This document shows positions 1 to 9,295 of a stretch of 14,561 bases of DNA, one piece after another. Every line of letters begins with the position of its first letter. The stretch's first letter is position 1. Below the pieces are notes generated by a model, which saw only the letters and a program-made list of their open reading frames with translations, ran no database searches and had not been told where the DNA came from. The translations under genes were made by a program, and so were the position numbers. This stretch comes from Octopus sinensis (taxonomy: Eukaryota), in contig NW_021825696.1 of NCBI RefSeq assembly GCF_006345805.1, forward strand, positions 1-14,561, in the 5' to 3' direction.

Positions 1-169
1 CTAACTCCATTCTTTAATCTTATTTCTTAAGAAAAATTTATTCTCGCAAAATGGAGTTAGTGGATTTTTTTAAATTTTGTACATATAAAATTTTTATTGA
101 TTATTCAGTTTCATTTTTTTTTCAATATAACGATCGAAAATGATTATCACAATCTAAAGCTACTGATGA

Positions 170-1055
170 TTGAGAAGACGTTGCCCCTCAGGATCGCAAT
201 GGATATTCTTTGGAACAACTATTGCTTCTCCCGAGGCTCTCTCCGTCTTCTCGAGATCAGATTCCCGATTTTCCCGACGAGTTCGAACGATTTTTGGCTC
301 ATGACCCCGGAGGTTTCTACGGATATTGGGGGAAGATGAAGTTGTCCAACAGGTTGGAATATTTCTGAACTTTACTCCGTTCACCTCTGGACATGGCTCT
401 TCCTGCATTCCTCTCCTCACGTGCGAGCTCCCAAGCCCTCATCACCAAAATCCTACGTAACTCTCGCGGATTAGAAGAGGACCGGGTTTTCTCTAGAGCT
501 TGCAAATTCTGGAAGGGATCTGGATTGGCCATTCCATCTAACATTTCACGCCAATGGGAATGGGATGATATCTCCAGCAAAGCTAAAATGGAAGCAATCA
601 GACCTACATTGGATCAGCATCGCCTCGCTTGTTTCGGTGCCGCTGCCAGACCTGAAAGGGGGCGTGGCTTAATGCCCTCCCTTGCTCCCAATTCGGACCC
701 TTCTCGATAATGACTGTGTGAGGATTGGCGTAGCAATACGCTTGGGACTTAATGTCTGTTCGGGGGGCCAATGCCGATGTGGTAGTAAAGTCGATACCAA
801 AGGACTACATCCCCTGTCATGCAGAAGGAGTGCTGGCCGTGCTCCCAGACACTCCGCTATCAACGAGACTATTTCGGCTGCGTACAAGCAGCTGGATCCC
901 GACAGAACTGGAACCCGTTGGGCTTGACCGCGGAGACGGTAAACGCCCAGATGGAGTCACCATTTTCCCGTGGAGTAATGGGAAATGCCTCGCGTGGGAC
1001 TCCACGTGCACAGACACCTTCTCAAAGACCAATATAGTTGACTCCGCGAATTATT
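170..1055 (+). mobile_element. Decayed CRE-like non-LTR retrotransposon fragment (post-RT region, zinc knuckle, RLE), frameshifted and 3'-truncated
   Basis: Across frames: RSPLDMALPAFLSS, then LLDNDCVRIGVAIRLGLNVCSGGQCRCGSKVDTKGLHPLSCRRSAGRAPRHSAINE (CCHC knuckle), then [37 protein letters not shown] (PD-type RLE core). Several frameshifts; similarity stops after TNIVDSAN with no tail. Confidence 0.88.
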
Positions 1056-1304
1056 CAGTTACTTGTTAAATTCAGCTAATCGCCATCTTTTGGCTTGGTC
1101 AAAAATTTGGCAAGTAAACGGGGTTTGACTATTTATATTCTAAAATTTTAAACTCTTCGCAAATGTATGAAAAATAGATTATTCCTTACTCAAAACAATG
1201 CCATAAAAATAAAACTTTAATGATATGAAATTAAAAATGACAAACATAAAGTGGTCAGTTTGTCTATCTAGACAAGATCTTAGAAATTTTTATTATCAAA
1301 TAAG

Positions 1305-1497
1305 CCATTAACCTTATCAGGAGAGCTTTTGGAAGTCCCCGGAATCTCCTTCATAGTTGAACCTACTGGGATCGATTGGGGGGATGGGAAAAACAGGACT
1401 GTATTACTGTGTTTTCTTTATTGTAAACCGCCCCTGGATCAATCGCCACAATTTCTTAATGCAAAAAGGTGCGGAAGTACTCTTCACTTGTGGAGAT
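1305..1497 (+). mobile_element. Second CRE-like RLE fragment with an internal deletion
   Basis: 1311-1405 (accttatcaggagagc...gaacctactgggatcgattggggggatgggaaaaac) closely matches the reverse complement of about 5045-5132. 1428-1497 (ccgcccctggatc...gcaaaaaggtgcggaagtactcttcac) matches the reverse complement of about 4888-4953. The intervening GxTxFPW/WD segment is missing. Confidence 0.82.
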
Positions 1498-1925
1498 CCC
1501 GTGAGGACCAATATGATGTCATCCGCATAAGATAAGATGAAATCATTATTGTCGGTAGGGGGCGGAAGATCTTCCAGGAAGAAGTTTAAAAGGGCCAAGG
1601 ATAAAGAGGATCCCTGAGGTACTCTGTTGGGCAGGAGATGATACGTAGACTTTATCCCTCTAAGTCACACCCTTTTATTTTTCCACTTAAGAGGTGAGAT
1701 CCATAATTTGAGTCTCTCTGGAAATATCTTCTTTGATAGAATTCTCCTTGAGACAAAATCAAAGACTTTGTTTATGCCGACAGAATAAAGAAAACTTTTT
1801 AAGTGTTTCGGTTTGCTTGCAAATCCAGTAAGAATGAATGTTTTTAAGCATGTAGACGCGGACTTTTCTTTAAGCCTATATTGAAAAGACCTTTACGGTA
1901 AAAATTCTTTTATTCTTCCAAGACC
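1498..1925 (-). mobile_element. Reverse transcriptase remnant of an APE-type (Jockey/I-group-like) LINE
   Basis: One reading frame with two internal stops: GRIKEFLP*RSFQYRLKEK...YSVGINKVFDFVSRR (decayed DxxKAFDxV)...KRV*LRGIKS...RVPQGSSLSLALLNFFLEDLPPP...ILSYADDIILV. It ends abruptly against the CRE-like piece at about 1498. Confidence 0.85.
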
Positions 1926-2284
1926 CATAAACCGGTATGAAAGATGCAGAGTCGTTTCTTTATAAATGGCTGTGTCCATAATGACGGTATCACATTTGGG
2001 TTTATCAAAGTATCCTACACCTCTCACCAAAAAAAGAAAAGGTGCTGGCCGTTTCTTATGTTTTAGGGTGCTGTGTCAGATTTCCTCTCCTCCTTATGTG
2101 ATATTTTCGCATAGAACTTTATCAGATTATTCAACTCTTTTGAATATATTCCTCTGCAGATGCAGTTTAATTGCTCTTTGCCGCGTGCCGAATGATTTTC
2201 CACATTTCTCTTATTGATCGATTTCAGTATACAGTTTTAAGAACCCGATTCAATTTCAAACACTTTAATCCGGCTCCGTCAAAA

Positions 2285-2428
2285 ACGGCCTGCCGCCCGG
2301 TGGGATCTTGTGTGGGCTCGTGAAAAGATCACCCAGCGAAGATGAGGTCCATCGTCGACTGCATCGGGATCACGTAACTTTTGTTTGACTCTTATCGTGG
2401 TCTTGGCGTTTAAATAAATAAATAAAAA
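2285..2428 (+). mobile_element. 3' end of an R4/Dong-like LINE with a (TAAA)3 tail
   Basis: Aligns without gaps to the reverse complement of about 9296-9420, the 3' end of the R4-like element (shared blocks aaagatca, atgaggt, tgcatcgggatcac, ggtcttgg). It ends in taaataaataaataaaaa (2411-2428). Confidence 0.7.
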
Positions 2429-2849
2429 TGTTCTAATATAGATCATCATGTCTGAAGTCATTCGTAGGATTTCTTGAGACGATTTCTTTCCTTGGCCAAG
2501 GCAGACCTCCTTCGACCAGTAGCAGCATGCCGTTGGTATAGCATCCTCTTGCTTCCAGAATTATCTTTTTGAAGTACCTAATAACCGTGTCCAGAGAACT
2601 AAAGTTGATCACATGACAATTCTTAATTTTTTATAAAGTTGGAAGAGTATTAACTAACCCGAGGGATTATCAAACCGTGAGATATGAATTACGTGTAAGA
2701 ACATTAGTAGAATGGGTTACAAGTTGAATTAATAATCAAATATAAGCAGCCAGTCTCAAAGCAAGTAAATTCCTATAAAAACGAATCCGCCGCCACGCCA
2801 CCGAAGCGGCAGAAAGTCTCATTTGTACGTACTCTGGCCAATAAAATAA

Positions 2850-2970
2850 TCGATATTCTGAACTTTATTTCGAACTGTTTCTTGAATCTGTAAAGCCATC
2901 CATTAGAAGCAGTGAAATCATGATTTGAATTTCTATACGCAATTTTACGTGCAATAGCATTCCTTTAGAG
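2850..2970 (-). mobile_element. pogo/Tigger transposase remnant (CENP-B-type/Tc5 HTH)
   Basis: Minus frame reads AIARKIAYRNSNHDFTASNGWLYRFKKQFEIKFRI, containing the F-x-A-S-x-G-W-L-x-x-F-K signature. Confidence 0.8.
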
Positions 2971-3068
2971 ATGTTTGGATTTTATCTCATTGCTCTCATT
3001 GAAAGAGGACTGAAATTGATTGGGGATATCGCCCGTGCTGGTGTACACAAGCCACGTGACGTGCCAAT

Positions 3069-3093
3069 CTGGACATAACACTCAGACACACAC
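3069..3093 (-). other. 25-nt GT-AG intron in the MCM7 remnant
   Basis: gacctt cg|gtgtgtgtctgagtgttatgtccag|a ttg gca cgt cac gtg. Removal restores the conserved DLRLARHV. Confidence 0.88.
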
Positions 3094-3275
3094 CGAAGGT
3101 CGCTGTCGTGATCAACTCTGTCCTGCATAAGCCAAAGCAAGTCGAATCGGGACAACAGGGCGGCCGGAAGCTGAACATTCTGCTCAATCGACTTGCGTGG
3201 GTTATATCGCCCATAATCAGGGTTGGTTTCAGCAAGGATGGACACACGTGCATTTAATGACGTCACAACACCCGC

Positions 3276-3299
3276 ATTTGATATATATGTGGAATATAC
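3276..3299 (-). other. 24-nt intron relic with the acceptor mutated to AT
   Basis: gca aag|gtatattccacatatatatcaaat|gcg ggt. Removal restores the conserved SIAK-AG; as it stands it reads through as VYSTYISN. Confidence 0.75.
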
Positions 3300-3720
3300 C
3301 TTTGCTATTGATATTGTTTGTTGTTCTATCACCTCGTGGATAGCACACCGGTATGTGTCATTCATTTTGTCGAACTCATCAATGCAACAAACCACTCCGT
3401 CAGTTAGAACTAGTGCCCCCCCCCCCCTCCAAGGTTGTCTCCCTCGTCAATGGATCCTTCATGACTGCTTCACACGTAGAAAAGCAAAACGACAAGTAAA
3501 GATGTCGGATAACCGGAGAACAATTTAGTTGTCCAATAATGAAAAAAATTCTAATTATTAAATTAAGTTAATTTAATTTATCTTTGTTTTGGTTTAAAAA
3601 ATGAATAAAATGTTTCCGGGACACATTTTATTAACAAAATTGCTTATTAGTTTTTGCTGCTTAATTAATTTTTTTTTTTAACCGAACCAACCAATAACTA
3701 CAAGTTAATTAATTAAACCA

Positions 3721-4216
3721 GCGGTTCTCAACCGTGGTCCCCAGAAAATTTTTAGTGGTCCCCAGGAATTTTCGAAAAATAAAAATATAATAAAGTTTAA
3801 ACTAATTGTACAATTAAGTATAAATCAAAAACATTGAAATTAATCAAGCGGTTCTCAATCGTGGTCCCCAGAAAATTTTTAGTGGTCCCCAGGAATTTTC
3901 GAAAAATAAAAATATATTAAAGTTAAAACTAATTGTACAATTAAGTATAAATCAAAAACATTGAAATTAATCAAGCGGTTCTCAATCGTGGTCCCCAGAA
4001 AATTTTTAGTGGTCCCCAGGAATTTTCGAAAAATAAAAATATATTAAAGTTAAAACTAATTGTACAATTAAGTATAAATCAAAAACATTGAAATTAATCA
4101 AGCGGTTCTCAATCGTGGTCCCCAGAAAATTTTTAGTGGTCCCCAGGAATTTTCGAAAAATAACAATATATTAAATTTAAAACTAATTGTACAATTAAGT
4201 ATAAATCAAAAACATT
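3721..4216 (+). repeat. Tandem array of about 3.9 copies of a 127-bp unit made from the hAT left end
   Basis: Units start at 3721, 3848, 3975 and 4102 (gcggttctcaa). Units 2 and 3 are identical; unit 1 differs by three substitutions and the partial unit 4 by two, with no indels. Confidence 0.97.
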
Positions 4217-4251
4217 CTCATTAATAATTACTTTTTATTGTTAGGTGTCAG

Positions 4252-4473
4252 ATGGCGAAAGAATTCCCCATTTTGAGTAAAACTGCATTGGAATCAATAC
4301 TTGCATTCCCCACTACTTATCACTGTGAAATGGAGATGTCGTGTCTGACTTTTCTAAAAACAAAATATAGAAATAGACTACGGGTACAAGATGATATGCG
4401 AGTAGCTTTGTTGAACATAGAGCCTGATATAAGTAAAATTATTTTGAACAAACAAGATCAGAAATCTCACTAA
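4252..4473 (+). pseudogene. C-terminal dimerisation domain of a Buster-type hAT transposase (remainder deleted)
   Basis: FPILSKTALESILAFPTTYHCE...LKTKYRNRL.V.DDMRVAL..IEPDI.KI...KQ.QKSH* matches the hATC domain and the terminal Q-x-x-S-H of Buster/ZBED5-like proteins. Confidence 0.9.
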
Positions 4474-5264
4474 ATTACTATTAAATTTTCTGTTATTTTC
4501 ATAATGTTCATGTTATTTTTATAATAAATATTCGAACATGTCTAAACCTGGCCCTGACGAGGCCAAAAATTGTGCGCTAATACCAAAAAATGTTTATTTT
4601 ATTTAAAGTGTTTCCCACAAAATTTTATAGTGCAAAAGTGGTCCCCAGTCTAAAAAAGGTTGAGAACCGCTGAATTAAACTCTTCAAGGGCGGGAAGCCG
4701 ACGCGATCGAGAAAGAATTAGAGCGTACTATCGCAAGGGATATCCGCTCGAAAAACCATCTCGATTCGCGGGCGTCGCCTGTGATGGCAGACATGCGGGA
4801 CCCGATCTCCTAAAGGAAGCTGATTGCCTTACTGCCCAAAGAACCGGAAGTCTCAACCGCGAATGGAAGGAATTGGAACTTCTCCATAGTGAGGAGTACT
4901 TCCGCATCTTTTTGCATTCCGCGGTTGTGACAATAGATCCAGGAGCGGAGGCCGACATCAGCAGGTTCTGAGCGAGAAAGAGTCCACACACGTGGCATCC
5001 CAGGTGAGAGGCTTCCCCCTGTTGAAAGGAAACACAGTTATCCCGTCAGGCCTTTTTCCGTCCCCCCGATCGATCCCAGTGGTTCAAGCAGGAGGGGATT
5101 CCGGCTACTTCCAGGACTCTCCTGATAAGGTCGTTAAGAGCGGCGTGACGCGGGATGTGACCAGCACTGCGTCTACACGATAGAGCGTGCAATCCAAAGC
5201 GACAGATTTTCGCGCCACAGCGGCAGACATGTGGCTCGCATAGGCGAAGACTTAATTAATTAGC

Positions 5265-8200
5265 ATGAATTGTTCCATATCTGAGAAGCAATGGCATATT
5301 ATACGAACGGAGAAGAGAATGCCCACTGTAGGACGCTGCCAATGTGGACTAATAATCGATGTATCACATAATATATTATTCAGTCGAGTTCTGTGGGACG
5401 ATAGACACGCCACAATTCACTATTCCAAACACAATAATTCATTTATCCTTCAAGATCTGAACACTCGCACAGCACTCACGTGAACGGCTACATAATAACG
5501 ACAGTCAGACTATCCCCACGAGATATAATCAATTTCGGTCTCGAACCATCAGCTTTCGAGTTCTGTTCTTGGAGAAATACCACCTATACAAAATAACTGT
5601 CCCACCATCACCCGTCATTCCGAATGGTTGAAATTTTCCGCCAGGAAGAATTTTTTCTGAGCCAACGGGGAGTCTCTCTACACTCCGACAACCGATTGTG
5701 AGAGCGGGAAATAACTTTAACACTGGTGAGCCCAATGTCCCATCCATAGGACTCATCAAGAAGACGAGGTCACAAAACATCGAGAAGAGTTAAGAAGAGC
5801 CAAAAATGTGGTTTCGGAAGTGGAAGGAAGGACAAAGAGTTGAGACTGCAGAGGGAGATTATTCACGAATTGGAAGGCAAATAGACCACCTCAGGAAAGC
5901 AAGGATCTCACCGCCCAAGAGCTGGCGAATAGTCTCGAGTTACGGCAGAGACTTGGGAACAGGTGACTAACGGACCTCTCTCTTATTGAATCGTTCTCAG
6001 ACAAGGTTTTGTGATTTTATATTTTAGGTTAAACTGAGTGAAACAAGATCATCCAAAACGTTGGAAGAACCAAAGTCGCCATCCCGCGGAATTTAAACGT
6101 GTTCACCGTGATAAAAGATATTGGAGGAATTAGTTATCAACTACAAGATATTCAGTTTCTAAGGTGAATTGGCTGTGGTTAAACTTTTAGGACGAATGAT
6201 ATTCCGGCAGTCAGTCGAGATTGAGAATTCTTGCAAAAAGATGTTATTTGTATTTATATGACATTTTAGGACAGTCCTGCGCTCGAAAGTCTGCAAATGT
6301 TTTGTCTCGATTGGATTGTAAAGTCTAAAAATCCAAGAAAGTGAAGGACGTCGGCTTACAGCAGATTGACGACTATGAGACAGGAAATGTTAAGACAAAA
6401 GAAAAGGATAGACAAATACGCGGAGGTTTTGCCGTCAATTCACTGCAAGCAATGCAATCTACTGGAAACTCAAATTGACAAATACAAAACGAAAACCACC
6501 AGGTAGAGGGCGGAAACGCCACCGTCTTGAACTGCAACAAAAACAGTCAATAAAGTTACCAAAATGTAAAAACGGTTTAGTATGAACAATTTAAAGAAAA
6601 GATCCTCACTTCCGTCAGAGACTGCTCACGGACTGCGAGGAGATCAGCGATGAGGTCATGCACGAGAAGTCGCCAGATTGTCCAAAATTCGAGAGGTTTA
6701 TGAAGGCAAGGTGGGAGCTTTGACCACTGAAATTAAAGTCCTTAACAACCGGGAGGCGGACTTTCAGTCGAAAATGAGAGACATGCGTGTTTCAATTGAC
6801 AGGGAATTGGTTTTTCTATTTTGTGAGTGCAGGGAGAATATTTGGAGGGTGGAAGTGCTATGTCTTCACATTTGGACTGTCTGTGAGCAGATTGATGTCT
6901 AAGGAGGGACTTGACGATTCTTGGTTTGGATTCGTGTGAAACACTTGTCAACGTCTTGTCTTTTCAAGCAAAAACTGCACGAAATTGAAGAATACTTGGA
7001 GGATGGCAACGAGGTCTATAAGCCGTCTGACTGTATTTCCATGAAGTATATCCCAGCTATCACTGAGAATATCGCCGTGTGACTAACGACTTGCATTGAC
7101 GAGAGCACTCCACGACGAGTCTGTACAAGAAATGGAAAAAAATATGCCAAAAATACGCTCAGGACAATTAAGAGCCGATCAGAATGCAGACCGTGAGTTG
7201 AGGAGGCAGATTGAACTTGCAGTGGAGAGAGAGAACTGTGCCGAGGTTCAACTAAAATTATATGTCACCGGCTGGAATGCCCCTGGGTTAGATAATGCCC
7301 CCCTCAACGTTATTTAAAAATAAATATTTTTTCAAATTAATTTTGATTAGATTTTTTGATTTTCTTAATATTTTAGTAATTTATCACAGTTTTTTCAAAT
7401 TAATCTAGCGTGCAAAATTATTTTGGTTATCTAAGTTTCAATTGAAAAAATAATAAGTATATTCGATCAAATCTAATTTTAGAAATCGTTTTGACTAAAA
7501 ACCTTACAAAGATGAACTTGAAGTATCAAAATATTCAAATAGAGTTTTTTATATGGACCGATGCAGATTTAGTGGAGTTTAAGAAGGTATGCTGCTTTAA
7601 TAGCGATAATGGATGGGTATTTTTTTGTAAATGAAAAATCGTGTCGGGAAATGGCCAAGATCCGAGAATTGGCGGAGGAGAGGATGAGCCTTCTTCAAAG
7701 GAGGAGACCGAAAAGGCAGAGTTAATGCAAGTCGCCTTGGAAAGGCTGAATTCGGTTATTAATTTGGTTTTATCTCAAGACACTTGAGTCGCGAGAATCA
7801 GATTTGGAGGCTTTAAGACATAAATATCAAGATTTAGACAAATCGGCGGAATCTTATAAGCAAGATAAAGTTTCTTTGGTTTTTTTAAATTTTTTAGGTC
7901 AAGTTGCTGGGAGAAATCGAATCGTTGAAGGTCGCCTTGGAAAATGAGAATAAGTTGAGGTTGAGGGCGATTTCGGACCAACGAGAGTACTACGAGACCG
8001 AGTCACAGAATTTCCGTGAGCAGATCAAGCAGCATTCGTTGATAATTTGCATACAGGAAGAGCGGCTTTTAAAACTCACTCAAAAGAAAAAAGCAGCAAA
8101 ATCGAGTCAATCCGACTCAAAAACTCTGGTTTGTCTGTCATCAACAACAGAAATGGAAAACCGCAAGTCTCAGTCGGGTGACCAAGTTAATTCTACCGAG

Positions 8201-9200
8201 TTTAAAACGACAGTTAATCGATTAAAGTATGGAAATATATTTTGTTATTTTAGAATCGAAATTGGCAGATTGGAGTCAAAATGTGAAGAGAGGGAATCTT
8301 TAATTCCTTCGTTGGAGCAGGAAATGCATGTTTTGAGGGCGAGAGTGTCAGACTCGAACAACGAAATGAGTCGCGAGTTGACAGACTTTCGGAATCTACT
8401 CAGAAAAAAGACGAGGAAATAGTTATCTTGAAGCGTAATTCATGTGCCGATGAAGTAGCCAAATACAAGCAAGAAATCAAGAAAATGGCAGCACAACTCG
8501 AGTACCCTTATTCTCATATGTTAGAGTGCATAAGCAGACATATTCCAAGTTGAATGAATCCCACAATGAAGCGAAGGACAGACTTGTCCAACTTGGGCAA
8601 GAACTGGCAGATTCCCGAGATGAGAAGAACCGTGCATTAGCACAGTTAGAGCGATATCAAAAGGCAAATGATTTAATGGCCATTGGGTCGCTCTGCAAGG
8701 GAGAACGACATCTGGCTACAATCGAGCGACAAGGGGAGGCTTTGGCGGAGTTAAGGAACCGACTGAGGGAGTTTGAGACTCTTCGGATGCTCCGTACTTT
8801 TGAACGAGCTAAACGACGTCGCCTCGCCCGATTCGGGTCTTAGACAGGAAAATGTTTTTCTCAAGAGAAAAGTGGCAGAACTTCAAACACGGGAGGCACT
8901 GACTAGCAATGAGATGATAAGGAATGCTATTTCTGTTAAGAAGGAGGAATTTATTCCCATTGAGACGTTTCGTCCAAAAGATGATCCGACAATAAACGAC
9001 AGATTTGAGCATTCTGAGTCTTTGGTATTGGTGTGGGATTATTTGAGATTTTAAATTTTGTCGAGGAGTTGTGGGTTTGGTGGGTCCGTCGACGAGTTTG
9101 AGTCTCCATTTATAGTCCACATGCCTCCTGGACAGGCCAAGACACTCTTGAGTGAGAGGAGACAAATTTTTGACATTATTTCTGCCCCATTTTAGGTCCA
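5265..9200 (+). pseudogene. FHAD1: FHAD1-like gene (N-terminal FHA domain, long coiled coil) with many tiny introns and frameshifts; probable pseudogene
   Basis: FHA: PTVGR...IID|SSSV(D)DRHATIHY...SFILQDLNTRT(G)THVNGYIITTVRLSPRDIINFG. The later motifs FREQIKQHSLIICIQEERL (about 8010-8070) and GSLCKGERHLATIERQGEALAELR (about 8685-8760) match FHAD1 as I recall it. Exon 7780-7869 is a clean 90-nt phase-0 exon. Frameshifts occur at about 5395, 5474, 5828, 5880, 7697, 8404 and 8790. The 3' boundary is approximate. Confidence 0.8.
5361..9047 (+). other. Set of ultra-short GT-AG introns in the FHAD1-like gene
   Basis: 5361-5383 (23 nt), 6006-6027 (22), 6164-6190 (27), 6243-6269 (27), 6810-6832 (23), 7755-7779 (25), 7870-7897 (28), 8227-8253 (27), 8502-8524 (23), 9025-9047 (23). 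Those at 7755, 7870, 8227 and 8502 demonstrably join or preserve coherent coiled-coil frames; the others rest mainly on GT/T-rich/AG pattern. Confidence 0.8.
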
Positions 9201-9295
9201 GTGACCGGTATACGACTGGTTTTCCCTGAGCTTTGACTCGTTGACGACAATAATGCCAGGATGGCCGCTGTTAACCCATCTCAGTTCACAGCAAT

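Larger units (their letters stand above)
2985..3468 (-). pseudogene. MCM7: MCM7 AAA+ core fragment, degenerate, with two tiny introns
   Basis: [16 protein letters not shown] / [18 protein letters not shown] (Walker B) / [13 protein letters not shown]|[61 protein letters not shown]|LARHV (arginine finger SRFD). [18 protein letters not shown] points to MCM7. Damage: a 12-G run (3416-3427) frameshifts GG, EVMEQQ has become EVIEQQ, AAANPAYG has become AETNPDYG, one acceptor is lost, and both ends are truncated. Confidence 0.9.
3719..4672 (+). mobile_element. Non-autonomous hAT (Buster-type) DNA transposon, 954 bp
   Basis: Perfect 15-bp TIRs cagcggttctcaacc (3719-3733) and ggttgagaaccgctg (4658-4672). 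8-bp TSD aattaaac (3711-3718, 4673-4680) with the central TA typical of Buster elements. Subterminal motif gtggtcccca at both ends. Confidence 0.96.
3671..5250 (-). mobile_element. 5'-truncated CRE-like RLE LINE with poly(A) tail and 11-bp TSD, interrupted by a hAT element in its 3' UTR
   Basis: Minus 5250-4684 encodes LRLCEPHVCRCGAKICRFGLHALSCRRSAGHIPRHAALNDLIRR...[32 protein letters not shown]...FQFLPFAVETSGSLG...ISLAIVRSNSFSIASASRP*. The T11 run at 3669-3679 is the poly(A) tail. The direct repeat cttaattaatt occurs at 3660-3670 and 5251-5261. Confidence 0.92.

Noticed and set aside
160-1032. Minus-strand ORFs 160-420, 317-580, 669-887 and 817-1032, and similar ORFs 3223-3528, 4660-4971, 4992-5183, 5529-5780, 8809-9165, 9436-9822
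   Set aside because: These are antisense shadows of the recognised retrotransposon or gene remnants and have no motifs of their own.
2095-2215. C2H2 zinc-finger-like string on the minus strand (*EKCGKSFGTRQRAIKLHLQR)
   Set aside because: The first Cys position is a stop and the second His is absent; could be chance or an unrecognisable relic.
2470-2620. Possible transposon protein scrap on the minus strand (IPTACCYWSK)
   Set aside because: A single short motif with no second diagnostic feature.
3721-4216. CRISPR-like array
   Set aside because: The units are contiguous 127-bp near-identical repeats with no unique spacers, lie inside hAT TIRs, and the context is eukaryotic.
5875-8425. Euplotes-style programmed frameshifting at AAA-TAG (about 5879 and 8417)
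   Set aside because: The motifs are explained by AAA/GAA ATA G read out of frame after a one-base loss. At 8417 the shift needed is -1, not +1, and the other frameshifts lack the motif.
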